Below, in pieces: positions 17,396-25,106 of a stretch of DNA of 32,000 bases. The stretch covers positions 270,001 to 302,000 of the forward strand of contig NC_004460.2 in assembly GCF_000039765.1 (NCBI RefSeq), read 5' to 3'. Every line of letters begins with the position of its first letter. The stretch's first letter is position 1. A program made the translations under genes and the position numbers. The notes under the pieces are model-generated. The model saw nothing but the letters and a program-made list of their open reading frames with translations. It did no database searches and was not told the origin of the DNA. This stretch comes from Vibrio vulnificus CMCP6 (GTDB lineage: Bacteria; Pseudomonadota; Gammaproteobacteria; Enterobacterales; Vibrionaceae).

Positions 17396-18010
17396 ATGCA
17401 GCAAACGAATTTGGCGGCCACTTTCCAAACCTACATGGAAAACCCGTTGTTATGGCCGATTTTAGAAGTATTACGTCAGCAGCCAAGTGGCTGGAAGGTA
17501 CACACTCTCGCTTCACATTTAGGTGAGCTGGGATTGATTCACCAACTTGATCCTTCTCCCGACAAAGATCTTTTTAAGCGCAACTTTCTGATCATGAATG
17601 CGCTTTATCAGTTACAAGAAACGCTTTACCCAGACCATTGGCTTCAAGTTGAGGCGATGAATATCGTTTTGATGTCGAGTCACGCCTGCGCTGGCCATAC
17701 CATAGACGTCGATGATCCTTTAAGAGAATACTACGTCCAGTGGCAAAATTACGAAGCGAATGAAGGGGAAGTTAAACGTCTTTTGAACGAGTTCTGGACG
17801 CGTTATCGTCGTTTTGTTGGGCATCATGAAGGGGAGCCCATCGATAGAGAAAAAGCGTTGCAGTTGTTTGAACTCGATCCACATGCAACGGCCGTTGATA
17901 TCCGTAAGCGTTGGAGAAGGCTCGCACTGCGTTGGCATCCAGATCGTGACAACGGCAATGCAGAGCGATTTCGCGTGCTGTGCGAAGCGTGGAACGTTTT
18001 ACGCCACTGA
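17396..18010 (+). CDS. DnaJ-related protein with a C-terminal J domain
   Basis: 204 aa. The last ~55 aa (LFELDPHATAVDIRKRWRRLALRWHPDRDNGNAERFRVLCEAWNVL) form a J domain with an HPD motif. The N-terminal ~140 aa have unknown function. Confidence 0.75.
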   Translation: MQQTNLAATFQTYMENPLLWPILEVLRQQPSGWKVHTLASHLGELGLIHQLDPSPDKDLFKRNFLIMNALYQLQETLYPDHWLQVEAMNIVLMSSHACAGHTIDVDDPLREYYVQWQNYEANEGEVKRLLNEFWTRYRRFVGHHEGEPIDREKALQLFELDPHATAVDIRKRWRRLALRWHPDRDNGNAERFRVLCEAWNVLRH

Positions 18011-18058
18011 CACCCAATAGCCACTCGGAGCCAATCACGTCTATTGGTTATCTTTGAG

Positions 18059-18598
18059 TTATTTGGGTGACCACTGCGATCTTAGAACTGCCAATACCAC
18101 CGTGTTCCACCAAGTCTCTTTAAAGAAGCGGTTTTCTATGAACTCCGCTTCCTGTGTCATGCCAAGTTGACGGCATAACTTAATCGCTGGGCGATTTTTT
18201 GAAATAGTTTCGGCGTAAACCCGATGGACATTCAGTTGGTTAAAAGCGAAATCGAGTAGGGCAGACATCGCTTCTACCGCTAAACCACTGTGATGAAAAG
18301 TGCGTTTTAAACCGCAACCACTTGAGGCTTGTTGATCATTTTCCAGTCTCAGTCCTGCAATGCCCATGTACTCGCCAGTAAAGCGATCTGTGACAGCAAG
18401 ATGGAAGGCTTGCCGAGGAGATTGCTGTGCTTGCTCATAGAATAAGTTCACTAAGAATGCACATTTCTCTGCTGAGCAATCTTCAACGGAATAAAAACGT
18501 TGGTATTTTGGGTCTTGGCACTGTTGAAAATACGCTTCAACATCGTGAGGCGTGAAATCACGCAGAATCAATCGTTCGGTTGTAATGGTAAATGTCAC
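18059..18598 (-). CDS. GNAT-family N-acetyltransferase (RimJ/RimL-like)
   Basis: 179 aa. The TERLILRDF opening, an acetyl-CoA region (RVYAETISKNRPAIKLCRQLGM), a GTG start and a GAGGTGG SD 7 nt upstream. Confidence 0.8.
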   Translation of the reverse strand: MTFTITTERLILRDFTPHDVEAYFQQCQDPKYQRFYSVEDCSAEKCAFLVNLFYEQAQQSPRQAFHLAVTDRFTGEYMGIAGLRLENDQQASSGCGLKRTFHHSGLAVEAMSALLDFAFNQLNVHRVYAETISKNRPAIKLCRQLGMTQEAEFIENRFFKETWWNTVVLAVLRSQWSPK

Positions 18599-18635
18599 AG
18601 ATAGCCCACCTCACTGATAGTTAAGAATAACTAAA

Positions 18636-18665
18636 GAAAAAGCGCAGTATAAACTGCGCTTTTTA
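18636..18665. terminator. Bidirectional rho-independent terminator after the ABC-class ATPase gene
   Basis: AAAAA-AGCGCAGT-ataa-ACTGCGCT-TTTT. Confidence 0.8.
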
Positions 18666-18682
18666 TGGACACACGTTATCCG

Positions 18683-20338
18683 TTAATGGTTGTTACGAAA
18701 CTGTGACTTTCGCATACGATTTAAAGCTGCCATCACATCAATTGGACGTGGTTTGGCGAGATCACCATGCTGAGGCATATTCTGGAACCAAGCATCGCCC
18801 AATAATTCGCTGATCTGTTTGGCTGGGTTTGAGTTCCATCCAGCGTGTTGGGCAAGCTGATACCAAACCCAACCAATCGCGTTGACTTCATCGCTCGACT
18901 CTAACTGCTCAAGCGCGGAGAGGTCTGTAAACTCTTTACCAAAGCGAAGGCTGTCTTTACCTTTCGCCGATACACGGAATTTCCCATCCGTTAGAATGTT
19001 CATCAACGCAGAGCAATGGAGTGCACGAGGAGGGAATGTCACCAAAGGTGCCTCAGATTCGTTGTGACGTTGAGTAGGGTGCAACTGAATCACCTCTTTC
19101 GCTTTCTCGGTCACATCTAATGCCTGATAGTCATGCATCTGGATAACGTTGTCGGCAACATCCAGATAATCGCCTGACCCGCCCATCACGATGATGGTGG
19201 AGATCTCCAATTCATCGCGCAATTGACCGATACGGTCCACCAGCGGTGTGATTGGCTCGTCACCCTTTGCCACAAGCGCTTGCATGCGCTCGTCGCGAAT
19301 CATGAAGTTTGTGGCTGATGTATCTTCATCAATCAATAGCGTTGAAGCGCCCGCTTCGACAGATTCTTGTAACCACGCTGCCTGAGAGGTGGAACCTGAT
19401 GCATCTTGCGTGGTGAAGTCTGCAGTATCTTTGCCCATTGGCAAATGATTAATGTAGTTGGAAAGATTCAAATGATGAACGCAGCGGCCTTCCTCAGCGC
19501 GAATTTTCATTGCTGAACCATCGGTGACAATGTATTCACGGCCATCACCAGGAATGTGATTGTAGATCGAGCGTTCAATGGCATTTAGCAGGGTAGATTT
19601 GCCATGAAAACCACCACCGACAATTAAAGTGATCCCTTTCGGAATCCCTAAGCCAGTGACATAGCCGCGATTTGGTGCATGTAACGTGACTTGCAGTGAT
19701 TCTGGTGCGGTGAACTCGACGGCGTCTTTCATTGGTAGATCGCAATTACCAGCCACTCGAGGCAAGATACTGCCATTGGCAACAAATGAAACAAGGCCAT
19801 TGACCTCAAGCTGTTCGCGTAATGCCTCTTGGTCTTCCACAACCTGACAGTGCGTCAATAGTGCCTCTTTATCAAGTTCACGTTCGATGGTGGAACGACG
19901 GATAAACTTCGGTAAGTGGAAGGTAATGATATTAATCGCTTTCTTTGCCAGAATGTCACGGCCTTCAGCGGGCAGGTTGACTCGAAAACGCAGTTCAATC
20001 CCTTCTTCCGTAAATAATACAGAAGTGCTGTCTAAAACGGTTTGTCCATGCAAAGAAATGGCAATGGCGTTTTCTTGTTTGGCGAATTCGGCGAAGCTAC
20101 GAGCAATGAAATCTCTTGCGCCAAGTTGGAACGCTGCAGACTCCTCTTTTAACCAAGAAAGCCCAGTTAAGGACCAAGCACGAAAAGCGCGGAAGCGTGA
20201 AGCAGAAGCGTAAGGGTCAGATTGGATATGATCAATAAACAGATCAAAATCGGTAAAATTGTACTGCCCTTTGATTTGCTGGTATGCACGATAATTTTGC
20301 TTTTCAAGCTTTTTGAGTTTTGCAATCAACTGGTCCAT
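18683..20338 (-). CDS. Stand-alone 'ABC-class ATPase' family protein (ABC_ATPase domain), unknown function
   Basis: 551 aa from ATG 20338 (MDQLIAKLKKLE...). P-loop GGGFHGKSTLL, Walker-B-like LLIDEDTSATNF. There are no TM segments and no adjacent permease. The track start at 20404 is a TTG that would lie upstream of the predicted promoter. Confidence 0.7.
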   Translation of the reverse strand: MDQLIAKLKKLEKQNYRAYQQIKGQYNFTDFDLFIDHIQSDPYASASRFRAFRAWSLTGLSWLKEESAAFQLGARDFIARSFAEFAKQENAIAISLHGQTVLDSTSVLFTEEGIELRFRVNLPAEGRDILAKKAINIITFHLPKFIRRSTIERELDKEALLTHCQVVEDQEALREQLEVNGLVSFVANGSILPRVAGNCDLPMKDAVEFTAPESLQVTLHAPNRGYVTGLGIPKGITLIVGGGFHGKSTLLNAIERSIYNHIPGDGREYIVTDGSAMKIRAEEGRCVHHLNLSNYINHLPMGKDTADFTTQDASGSTSQAAWLQESVEAGASTLLIDEDTSATNFMIRDERMQALVAKGDEPITPLVDRIGQLRDELEISTIIVMGGSGDYLDVADNVIQMHDYQALDVTEKAKEVIQLHPTQRHNESEAPLVTFPPRALHCSALMNILTDGKFRVSAKGKDSLRFGKEFTDLSALEQLESSDEVNAIGWVWYQLAQHAGWNSNPAKQISELLGDAWFQNMPQHGDLAKPRPIDVMAALNRMRKSQFRNNH

Positions 20339-20354
20339 AACAAACAGCCTTTTA

Positions 20355-20387
20355 GAAACAGAAAAGCGGCGATTATAGAAATCGCCG
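20355..20387 (-). terminator. Rho-independent terminator of the GAF-GGDEF-EAL gene
   Basis: On the minus strand: CGGCGATT-tctat-AATCGCCG followed by CTTTTCTGTTTC. Plus-strand arms are at 20367-20374 and 20380-20387. Confidence 0.7.
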
Positions 20388-20400
20388 ACGTAAGAGTAAA
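20372..20400 (-). promoter_or_regulatory. Candidate sigma70 promoter of the ABC-class ATPase gene, -10 embedded in the terminator hairpin
   Basis: On the minus strand: TTTACT (20400-20395), a 17-nt spacer, then TATAAT (20377-20372). The -10 spans the arm and loop of the hairpin above. Confidence 0.4.
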
Positions 20401-20456
20401 GCAACTATATGGTGTGTGGCGTCTGCTTGTCGAAATTATCCCTAAAAGTGATGCAA

Positions 20457-22373
20457 TTATGTGTGATACGCGAAGCGAGGGGTGCCTAAAAAGTTCTGAC
20501 TGTATAAGCCTTGAACAAATTCACTGCCAGGCATTGGCTTGCCATACAGAAATCCTTGGCCAATATCGCATCCTTCGCGGATCAAGAAATCCTCTTGTAG
20601 GTCGGATTCGATGCCTTCCATCACCACCTCTAAATCGAGCTTTTTAGCCACATGGATAATTGAACGGATGATTTCTTTGTCTTCTTCCGACTTATCAATA
20701 TGTTGAACAAAACTCTTATCAATTTTTATCGCATCGAATGGATACTTTTTCAAATAACTGAAAGAGGCGTAGCCAGTACCAAAGTCATCAAGTGACAATG
20801 TCACTCCGAGTTCATGCAACCGTTCTAAGGTAGCACGTGCAACCACTTCATCACTGATCAAACCGCTTTCTGTTACCTCAAGTTCAAGATATTGAGCCGG
20901 AAGTTGGTAGGCGATGAGCAATTCCTGAACTTGCTCAGCAAAGAGGGGATTTTTAAGTTGAATCGCACTCACATTCACCGCCACTCGAAAATGTTCCACA
21001 ATCGCTGACCACTCTTTTGCTTTTTCGATCGCAGAGCGTAGTACAAACGCCCCGACTTCAAAGATCAGCCCGTTTTGCTCTGCCATATGAATCAGGGCTT
21101 CATTGGAAATGTCCCCCAAAACAGGGTGGCTCCAACGTAACAACGCCTCTGCGCCGATCCACTTGTGCGTTTGAGGGCAAACTTTCGGCTGAAAATAGAG
21201 CGTTAAATCGTCGTTTCTTACTGCTTGCAGTAAGTAGCTTTCGATTTGATTGTGGTGAAGTAAGGCATCTGCGTGAGTTGCTGAAAAATACGCGTATTGC
21301 TGGCCGGAATCTTTGCTCAAAACCATGGCCTGATTGGCATGCCTTAACAGTTGTTGAGCACTTTCGGTTGTTGAATCCGCCACCGCTAAACCAATGAATG
21401 CGTGCAAATGCGCTTCGCTTTCGCCCACTTTAAAGCCTCGTTGTCCGGCATTGATGATCCGGTTAAGCAGGTTGTCGAGGATATCAGTAACGTCATCCGC
21501 ACGAATCGCGATCACAAGATCGTGCGAGCTTGGGCGGCCAGTAATGGAATCGACAGATTCAATGACACCGATTTGGTTACGGTAGATTTTCAGCAAATCA
21601 TCCAATAGGGCAAACCCATATTTGGTTTGAATTGAACGGGCATTGGTGAATCCGATATGGATCACTACCAAACTGGAATCCCCAAGACGCCATTCGTCTA
21701 ACATCCTCTGTAAATGCTGCTCTAACGCGCATCGATTCAGAAAGCCTGTACCGTGGTCATGATGTTTCTGATAGTGCGCTTGCTGTTCTGCGGCTTTTCT
21801 ACGGTCAATTTCTTGGTTTAAGCTAAAACTAAGTTGAGCAAGATTGGTTGTACGCTTATCAACACGTTGTTTTAGCTGTTCGTTGAGGCGCAGTAATTTT
21901 TGATGTTGGTAGACCACAGACAGTTGCGCTTCTATCGAAGTTTGAAAACCAGCGAGCAATTCTCGATATGTTTGGCCAAAGTTGTTTTCTTTGTCATCTA
22001 GCATACAAATGGTGCCAAACACCTCACCATTTGGCCAAAGCAATGGCAAACCGCAGTAGGCGAGCATTCCCAATTTAATATCGGGATTGTGATCCCACTC
22101 CTTGTCGTTCAGAGCGTTAGGCACCAGCAATTCCGTGTTGTCTTCAATCACGGTTTCGCAGTAAAGACCATGGCCTAGCGATTCGCTATCTCCTTGATGA
22201 TAAGGGTTTAATGAACTTTGACTGGAGGAAAACACCTCAATGTGTTCGGGTTGGATACGCATAATCAATGCGGCGGGGACATCAACGATATACGCCAATA
22301 GGTTGACAATTCTCTGCCAACTTTCTTGCATTGCTTCTGGAATCTCATAATCCAACGTTCTGTATTTTGCCAT
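20457..22373 (-). CDS. GAF - coiled coil - degenerate GGDEF - EAL protein (probable c-di-GMP phosphodiesterase)
   Basis: 638 aa from ATG 22373 (MAKYRTLDYE...). The EAL domain is complete: EALLRW, NVS, ELEVTES, DDFGTGYASFSYLK, KIDKSF, EGIES, QGF. The GGDEF signature position reads GRPSSHDLV, so no cyclase activity is expected. Confidence 0.85.
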   Translation of the reverse strand: MAKYRTLDYEIPEAMQESWQRIVNLLAYIVDVPAALIMRIQPEHIEVFSSSQSSLNPYHQGDSESLGHGLYCETVIEDNTELLVPNALNDKEWDHNPDIKLGMLAYCGLPLLWPNGEVFGTICMLDDKENNFGQTYRELLAGFQTSIEAQLSVVYQHQKLLRLNEQLKQRVDKRTTNLAQLSFSLNQEIDRRKAAEQQAHYQKHHDHGTGFLNRCALEQHLQRMLDEWRLGDSSLVVIHIGFTNARSIQTKYGFALLDDLLKIYRNQIGVIESVDSITGRPSSHDLVIAIRADDVTDILDNLLNRIINAGQRGFKVGESEAHLHAFIGLAVADSTTESAQQLLRHANQAMVLSKDSGQQYAYFSATHADALLHHNQIESYLLQAVRNDDLTLYFQPKVCPQTHKWIGAEALLRWSHPVLGDISNEALIHMAEQNGLIFEVGAFVLRSAIEKAKEWSAIVEHFRVAVNVSAIQLKNPLFAEQVQELLIAYQLPAQYLELEVTESGLISDEVVARATLERLHELGVTLSLDDFGTGYASFSYLKKYPFDAIKIDKSFVQHIDKSEEDKEIIRSIIHVAKKLDLEVVMEGIESDLQEDFLIREGCDIGQGFLYGKPMPGSEFVQGLYSQNFLGTPRFAYHT

Positions 22374-22376
22374 TGA

Positions 22377-22391
22377 GCAAACATCCTTGTT
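22377..22391. repeat. Copy 1 of an exact 15-nt direct repeat GCAAACATCCTTGTT (minus-strand sense AACAAGGATGTTTGC), on the RBS
   Basis: Exact match to 22432-22446, 55 bp away. It contains the AAGGA SD of the GAF-GGDEF-EAL gene. Confidence 0.9.
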
Positions 22392-22419
22392 TGAATGAGC
22401 TTTGAGCTCATGTTTTAAA

Positions 22420-22448
22420 ATTATAATGACGGCAAACATCCTTGTTAG
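22420..22448 (-). promoter_or_regulatory. Candidate sigma70 promoter of the GAF-GGDEF-EAL gene
   Basis: On the minus strand: CTAACA (22448-22443), a 17-nt spacer, then a perfect TATAAT (22425-22420). The predicted 5'UTR of about 40 nt begins with the hairpin AUGAGC-ucaaa-GCUCAU. Confidence 0.45.
22432..22446. repeat. Copy 2 of the exact 15-nt direct repeat, on the promoter spacer/-35
   Basis: Exact match to 22377-22391. It overlaps the predicted -35 and spacer of the promoter at 22420-22448. Confidence 0.9.
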
Positions 22449-22474
22449 TATAGGGGCTAGAGTTGGCGTTACCC

Positions 22475-22502
22475 AAAAAAAAGTCCCGAAATCGTTCGGG
22501 AC
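22475..22502 (-). terminator. Rho-independent terminator of fabV
   Basis: Stem GTCCCGAA (22483-22490) / TTCGGGAC (22495-22502). The A8 run at 22475-22482 gives a U-run on the minus strand. Confidence 0.85.
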
Positions 22503-22545
22503 GGGGAAATAAAAGATTGAATCTCAATAATGGAACACTGTGTAG

Positions 22546-23748
22546 CTAAGGCGTTAATTTCAAAATTGTTTGTAAGTCAATATCTTGTGAATAGTCAACT
22601 TCGTCAAATCCGAAACCATTGAGCTGTAAAAACTCGTTTTTAAACCCTTGGTAATCACCGATTACTTGGAAATTATTGGCATCCATTTCTTCTAGAATCT
22701 GGTTCACTTTATTTTGAATATGAGGCGCCAGTTCCCAATCATCCATCCGGACCAATCGCTCACCATCAACGCTGATGTGGTCTTGCCCATAAAGCTTCGT
22801 TGCGAATAAGCGCTGCATTTGCTCAATGCATCCTTCGTGGCATTTTTCGTCTTTCATCACTCGATAAAGTGCGAGCAGGTAAGGGGACAATGCAGGAATA
22901 AATACACTGGCTTTCGTCACCAATGCCTTACAAACCGTGGCATACGCTGCGCCGTCAAAATTGGCCAGTTTCAAGTTCAAAGAATGGCTGGTTTGATGAA
23001 GGTCGATCTTTGCACGCCCTAAGGTGCCATCAAGGTAGATTGGATGTGTGATTTCAGGCCCTACATAGGAAAACGCGATGGTTTGGCATCCTTGAGCAAT
23101 GGATTCGGCATTAATGAGCGTGTCGATCCAGCTTTCCCAATCTTCACCGCCCATGACCTTAATGGTGTGCAATGCTTCTTCTTCTGTAGCCGATTCGAGG
23201 GTGGTATCAATCCAGCGATCATGCTCTAAGTCGAACGATGCTCCGGTCACTGTTTGGCCAAAAGGTTTAATCACACTTCGCCAAAATTCACCCGGTTGAT
23301 TTGATATCGGTCGCATGCCTGTTGCGAGGCTGTAGATAACGAGGTCAACCTCACCTTCGAAATAGGTTTCGATCGCCTCAATCACTTGGGTACGAGTTTC
23401 GGAAGCAAAAGCATCACCAACAATATTAATTGCAATACGGCCTTCTTTTTCAGCTTCACGTTTAAAAAAAACATTGTTGTACCAGCCCGCGCTGCCTGTT
23501 CCTTTTTCAGAAGGGCCTCGTTCAAATGAAACACCGATGGTGTCTGCTTGCGCACCACCAAAAGTGAGGGCTATCCGAGCGGCAAGGCCAAAACCAGAAG
23601 ATGCACCGAGAATAAGGACACGTTTAGGTCCTTGTGAAATCTGTGGTGCATTTTTAACAAATGCTATCTGTTTTTTTATTGCTGCTTCACAACCAAAAGG
23701 ATGAGCAGAACGAGCAACAACGCCTTGAATAATCGGTTCTATACGCAT
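22546..23748 (-). CDS. fabV: Enoyl-[acyl-carrier-protein] reductase FabV (NADH, triclosan-refractory type)
   Basis: 400 aa. The N-terminus MRIEPIIQGVVARSAHPFGCEAAIKKQIAFV and GASSGFGLA are the FabV/trans-2-enoyl-CoA reductase signature. An AGGAA SD lies 6 nt upstream. Confidence 0.9.
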   Translation of the reverse strand: MRIEPIIQGVVARSAHPFGCEAAIKKQIAFVKNAPQISQGPKRVLILGASSGFGLAARIALTFGGAQADTIGVSFERGPSEKGTGSAGWYNNVFFKREAEKEGRIAINIVGDAFASETRTQVIEAIETYFEGEVDLVIYSLATGMRPISNQPGEFWRSVIKPFGQTVTGASFDLEHDRWIDTTLESATEEEALHTIKVMGGEDWESWIDTLINAESIAQGCQTIAFSYVGPEITHPIYLDGTLGRAKIDLHQTSHSLNLKLANFDGAAYATVCKALVTKASVFIPALSPYLLALYRVMKDEKCHEGCIEQMQRLFATKLYGQDHISVDGERLVRMDDWELAPHIQNKVNQILEEMDANNFQVIGDYQGFKNEFLQLNGFGFDEVDYSQDIDLQTILKLTP

Positions 23749-23826
23749 GCACTATTCCTGATTCGGGGAGAATTGCATTAGGCTAACGTAAAGAAACGTA
23801 AAATGATTTGAGCTAGGCCATTAAAA

Positions 23827-24429
23827 TCAGAGATGTTTGTAAAACGTTTTTGCAACAAATTGAGCGATCCAAGGCTGAGCTTCGGGCATTGGATGTAAGC
23901 CATCAGGCATCATCCACTCCGGTTTGACGATCACTTGTTCTAAGAAAAACGGCAGGAGTGGCACTTGATGATGTTCGGCAAGCGTAGGATAGAGTTCAAC
24001 AAATGCATCCGTGTAGCGCTTGCCATAGTTAGGTGGGACACGAATTTGCATCAGTGCGACTTTAGCGTCTGAGGCTTTGCTTAATTGAATCATTCGCGAA
24101 AGGTTTGAAGAGATCACTTTATGTGGAAAACCTCGCAAGCCATCATTGGCCCCCAGCTCAATAAGCACCCAGTCTGGTGAGTGCGTTTTTAACAACTCAG
24201 GCAGACGAGATAGTCCATTGCCGGTTGTGTCTCCAGAGATACTGGCGTTGATCACTTCTACGTTTTTTCCGTATGTATTCAATGCTTCTGGTAACAAATT
24301 TGGCCAAGCCTGCTCTGCAGACATGTTGTATCCTGCACTTAGGCTGTCGCCAACAATTAACACTTTCTCGGTTGCGTGTGCGACGCTAGAAAGGAAAAAC
24401 ATTATAAGTAAGGAAAACAATCTGACCAT
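23827..24429 (-). CDS. tesA: Periplasmic SGNH thioesterase/arylesterase/lysophospholipase TesA
   Basis: 200 aa from ATG 24429. Signal peptide MVRLFSLLIMFFLSSVAHA, then VLIVGDSLSAGY (block I Ser), GANDG and DGLHP. GGAG lies 5 nt upstream. The 66-codon extension in the track ORF has no support. Confidence 0.9.
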   Translation of the reverse strand: MVRLFSLLIMFFLSSVAHATEKVLIVGDSLSAGYNMSAEQAWPNLLPEALNTYGKNVEVINASISGDTTGNGLSRLPELLKTHSPDWVLIELGANDGLRGFPHKVISSNLSRMIQLSKASDAKVALMQIRVPPNYGKRYTDAFVELYPTLAEHHQVPLLPFFLEQVIVKPEWMMPDGLHPMPEAQPWIAQFVAKTFYKHL

Positions 24430-25105
24430 GCCATCTCCAGTAATTAAAGCGGAATCCGTTAGTAAACAAGTCTCTACTAATAATGAGCAGTTAACAATCC
24501 TTAAAAATGTAAATGTTGTCATTGAAGAAGGTGAAAGCGTTGCGATTGTCGGTACCTCTGGTGCCGGTAAGTCTACTCTGATGACGCTTCTGGCTGGTTT
24601 AGATGTGGCGACCTCCGGTGACGTCACGTTGTTAGGACAAGCATTATCTCAGCTCGATGATGAACAACGAGCGCAAATTCGTAGCGAATATATTGGTTTT
24701 GTGTTTCAGAGTTTTCTCTTAATCCCTAGCTTAACAGCCCTACAAAATGTCACGTTGCCATGTTTGTTAAAAGGTGAGGAAGAAGACCACGAGCGAGCCA
24801 AAGCGCTGTTGGCCTCGGTAGGGCTGGCTTCTCGTATTCAACATCTCCCAAGCCAGCTTTCGGGTGGCGAGCAACAGCGCGTTGCCTTAGCTCGCGCATT
24901 CATGACTCAACCTAAAATTTTGTTTGCAGATGAACCAACCGGCAACTTAGACCAACACACCGCAGAAAAAATCATCGATCTGTTATTTGAACTGAATCAA
25001 CAACATGGTACGACGTTAGTGCTTGTGACGCACGACGACAATCTGGCCAGGCGTTGTCAGAAGGTCATTAAAATGGATGCTGGCCAACTTGTTGGAGAGG
25101 GGTAA
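24428..25105 (+). CDS. ybbA: ABC transporter ATP-binding protein YbbA (MacB/LolD-like)
   Basis: 225 aa from ATG 24428 (MPSPVIKAESVSK... aligns with my recollection of the E. coli YbbA N-terminus MPAENIVEVHHLKK). Walker A GTSGAGKST, LSGGEQQRVALARA, Walker B LFADEPTGNLD. Confidence 0.9.
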   Translation: MPSPVIKAESVSKQVSTNNEQLTILKNVNVVIEEGESVAIVGTSGAGKSTLMTLLAGLDVATSGDVTLLGQALSQLDDEQRAQIRSEYIGFVFQSFLLIPSLTALQNVTLPCLLKGEEEDHERAKALLASVGLASRIQHLPSQLSGGEQQRVALARAFMTQPKILFADEPTGNLDQHTAEKIIDLLFELNQQHGTTLVLVTHDDNLARRCQKVIKMDAGQLVGEG

Positions 25106-25106
25106 T

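Noticed and set aside
18011-18069. Hairpins between the convergent J-domain and GNAT genes (CCAATAG...CTATTGG and CACCCAA...TTGGGTG)
   Set aside because: The 7-bp stems have loops of 20 nt or more, exclude each other, and have no proper U-run. This is too weak to call a terminator.
22374-22439. ATG at 22439 as the start of the GAF-GGDEF-EAL protein (22 extra residues)
   Set aside because: It has AAGG directly abutting the ATG, so the SD has no spacing. It also lies inside the predicted promoter spacer, upstream of a perfect TATAAT. ATG 22373 has a usable SD.
24146-24627. Long upstream extensions of both the tesA (to 24627) and ybbA (from 24146) ORFs
   Set aside because: Each extension is the antisense of the other gene's genuine coding sequence. 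The homology-supported N-termini (the TesA signal peptide and the YbbA MPSPVIK start) and their SDs fix the starts at 24429 and 24428.
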